From a virus (lineage: Duplodnaviria; Caudoviricetes): a DNA stretch of 64,000 nucleotides. The DNA lies in the IMG/VR virus record IMGVR_UViG_3300028888_000006, positions 1 through 64,000 of that record, one strand, 5' to 3'. A program made the position numbers and the translations under genes. A model generated the notes under the pieces. The model was not told the DNA's origin and ran no database searches. It saw only the letters and a list, made by a program, of their open reading frames with translations. Shown here piece by piece: positions 63,227 through 64,000 of this stretch; the stretch's first letter is position 1, and each line of letters starts with the position of its first letter.

Positions 63227-63571
63227 TTACGCCGTAGGAGCAAGAGGCGAGACAAGCTGGAAAATCCCGTTAAACCAGTCGTACCAGACTTCGATGACGC
63301 CGGCGCCGACCAGATCAGCGGCAGTCACATTCGTACCACCGAAGAAAGTCAGGTTGCGCGTATTGCCATTGAGGGTAAAACGGATGGGAAGAGTTCCAGT
63401 AGTCCCTTCCGGAATCGCGGATGCAATCCGGATAACCACCTCGCCCACCTTTGGAATCCTGCGGAATCCGAGTGCGAAGTCAACGGACTCCTCGCCTACC
63501 GTAATCCCGTTTGTGAAGAGATAGGGGACGCCGCTGACATTCGTCGTTACATTGACATTCATTCCAAACAT
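63227..63571 (-). CDS. beta-rich hypothetical protein
   Basis: TN..GVPY..T.G.TV...IP.GTTGTLPI.F...T.AD..G.G. Confidence 0.75.
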   Translation of the reverse strand: MFGMNVNVTTNVSGVPYLFTNGITVGEESVDFALGFRRIPKVGEVVIRIASAIPEGTTGTLPIRFTLNGNTRNLTFFGGTNVTAADLVGAGVIEVWYDWFNGIFQLVSPLAPTA

Positions 63572-63583
63572 GGCTACAAGGAT

Positions 63584-64000
63584 TTAGAAGTAGAGACCAT
63601 TACCAGGGAAGCCACCGATACCAGGAGCACCATAGTAACCATTGAATCCACCCTGATAGTAACCGCCGCTCACATACGGGGTCACATTCACGGCCTGAAG
63701 ATTGGGCCATTGGACGGTAGCGGTACTAGGCTGCTTGCACTTAATGTCGTCAACCTCCTTTGCGAGAGAAGCGAGAGCAGCATTAACGGGAGCGATCGCG
63801 CTTCCGAGAACTCCTGTAGTGAAGTTCTGCGACTCCAGCTGAGCAACCTTCGCGGTAAGAGCAGTAATCTCGCGGTCCTTGCGAGAGGACTCCAGCGCAT
63901 CAATCTTGTTGTCGAGAGCCAGATAGTTCCGGTTCATCGTGTCAGTGAGCGCGTAAGTCTGCTGGCAGGAAGAAAGCTGGTCGGCGGCTGACTTGGCAGC
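63584..64000 (-). CDS. coiled-coil protein with Gly/Tyr-rich C-terminus (5'-partial)
   Basis: Frame stays open from 63937 to the window end (AAKSAADQLSSCQQT...). Confidence 0.75.
   Translation of the reverse strand, partial: AAKSAADQLSSCQQTYALTDTMNRNYLALDNKIDALESSRKDREITALTAKVAQLESQNFTTGVLGSAIAPVNAALASLAKEVDDIKCKQPSTATVQWPNLQAVNVTPYVSGGYYQGGFNGYYGAPGIGGFPGNGLYF

Noticed and set aside
1-64000. Stop-codon reassignment (TAG or TGA) as in some crAss-like clades
   Set aside because: Large genes are intact in code 11, and conserved genes end at TAG (portal, scaffold-like) and TGA (ring protein, endolysin).

Overview
This window is about 64 kb of a crAss-like (Crassvirales-type) phage of Bacteroidota, read in the standard genetic code (TAA, TAG and TGA all end genes). 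Bases 1-8.1 kb hold a plus-strand run of small accessory genes, interrupted by a minus-strand tyrosine integrase next to a 46-bp copy of the 3' half of tRNA-Ala(UGC). That copy is an apparent intact attP, so the phage looks temperate and is seen here in its non-integrated form. Bases 8.2-61.5 kb are the minus-strand virion module. In transcription order it runs: small DNA-binding, GroES-like and putative TerS genes, dUTPase, TerL, portal, fibres, lysis cassette, scaffold-like protein, major capsid protein, ring/auxiliary-capsid/hub proteins, muzzle, cargo proteins and a ~3,620-aa virion RNA polymerase. Bases 61.6-64 kb hold a separate six-gene cassette of unknown function. The most notable features are: (i) integrase plus tRNA-Ala attP with arm-type repeats; (ii) a muzzle gene split by ~740 aa of Ig-like domains and one in-frame TAA; (iii) a vRNAP with canonical DFDGD rather than DFDID; (iv) an antisense membrane-protein moron and a candidate sRNA with host-type promoters; (v) a glycosyltransferase-like gene inside the capsid/tail operon. 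All family assignments come from motif recognition and gene order by eye, not database searches.
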